From positions 20,896,001 to 20,960,000 of the forward strand of contig CM059433.1 in the NCBI GenBank assembly GCA_030390025.1: a DNA stretch of 64,000 nt. Reading direction: 5' to 3'. The notes beneath the pieces were generated by a model. It saw only the letters and a list, made by a program, of their open reading frames with translations, was not told where the DNA came from and ran no database searches. This DNA is from Squalus acanthias (lineage: Eukaryota). This document shows positions 63,820 through 64,000 of this stretch, in pieces. The position numbers and the translations under genes were made by a program. Every line of letters begins with the position of its first letter. Positions within the stretch are counted from its first letter, which is position 1.

Positions 63820-64000
63820 ACTTCCTAGAACAGCTTTGTCTTTGATCTTGGCAGTTGGACTTAAATCTACAATGAAGTTACTGCCTTTGGTTTGATAGAA
63901 TTACAGTGAGATGATTGTGTAGAGAGTAATGGATACCTCTGAGAATTACAAGTTAGTATTCCAATCAAAGGGTTCACATGATGTAATTAACTGCATAAGT

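Overview
Eukaryotic, transposon-dense non-coding DNA, most likely intronic or intergenic sequence from a cartilaginous fish (shark). That assignment is an inference from the repeat families. No host gene was recognised. The window holds many CR1 and L2 LINE fragments, Deu-domain tRNA SINEs, about ten PIF/Harbinger-type MITEs with GG termini and mostly 3-bp TSDs, Harbinger transposase/Myb remnants, and a Buster/Charlie hAT deletion derivative. Two Penelope-like families carry minimal hammerhead ribozymes, and a Vingi-like element has a 5' inversion. The top candidate for novelty is a ~3.2-kb LINE (48413-54095 after removing nested insertions). It has a tRNA-like Pol III head, no room for an ORF1, and no TTTT on its sense strand, consistent with a Pol III-transcribed autonomous retrotransposon. 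Family names come from motif recognition, not database searches.
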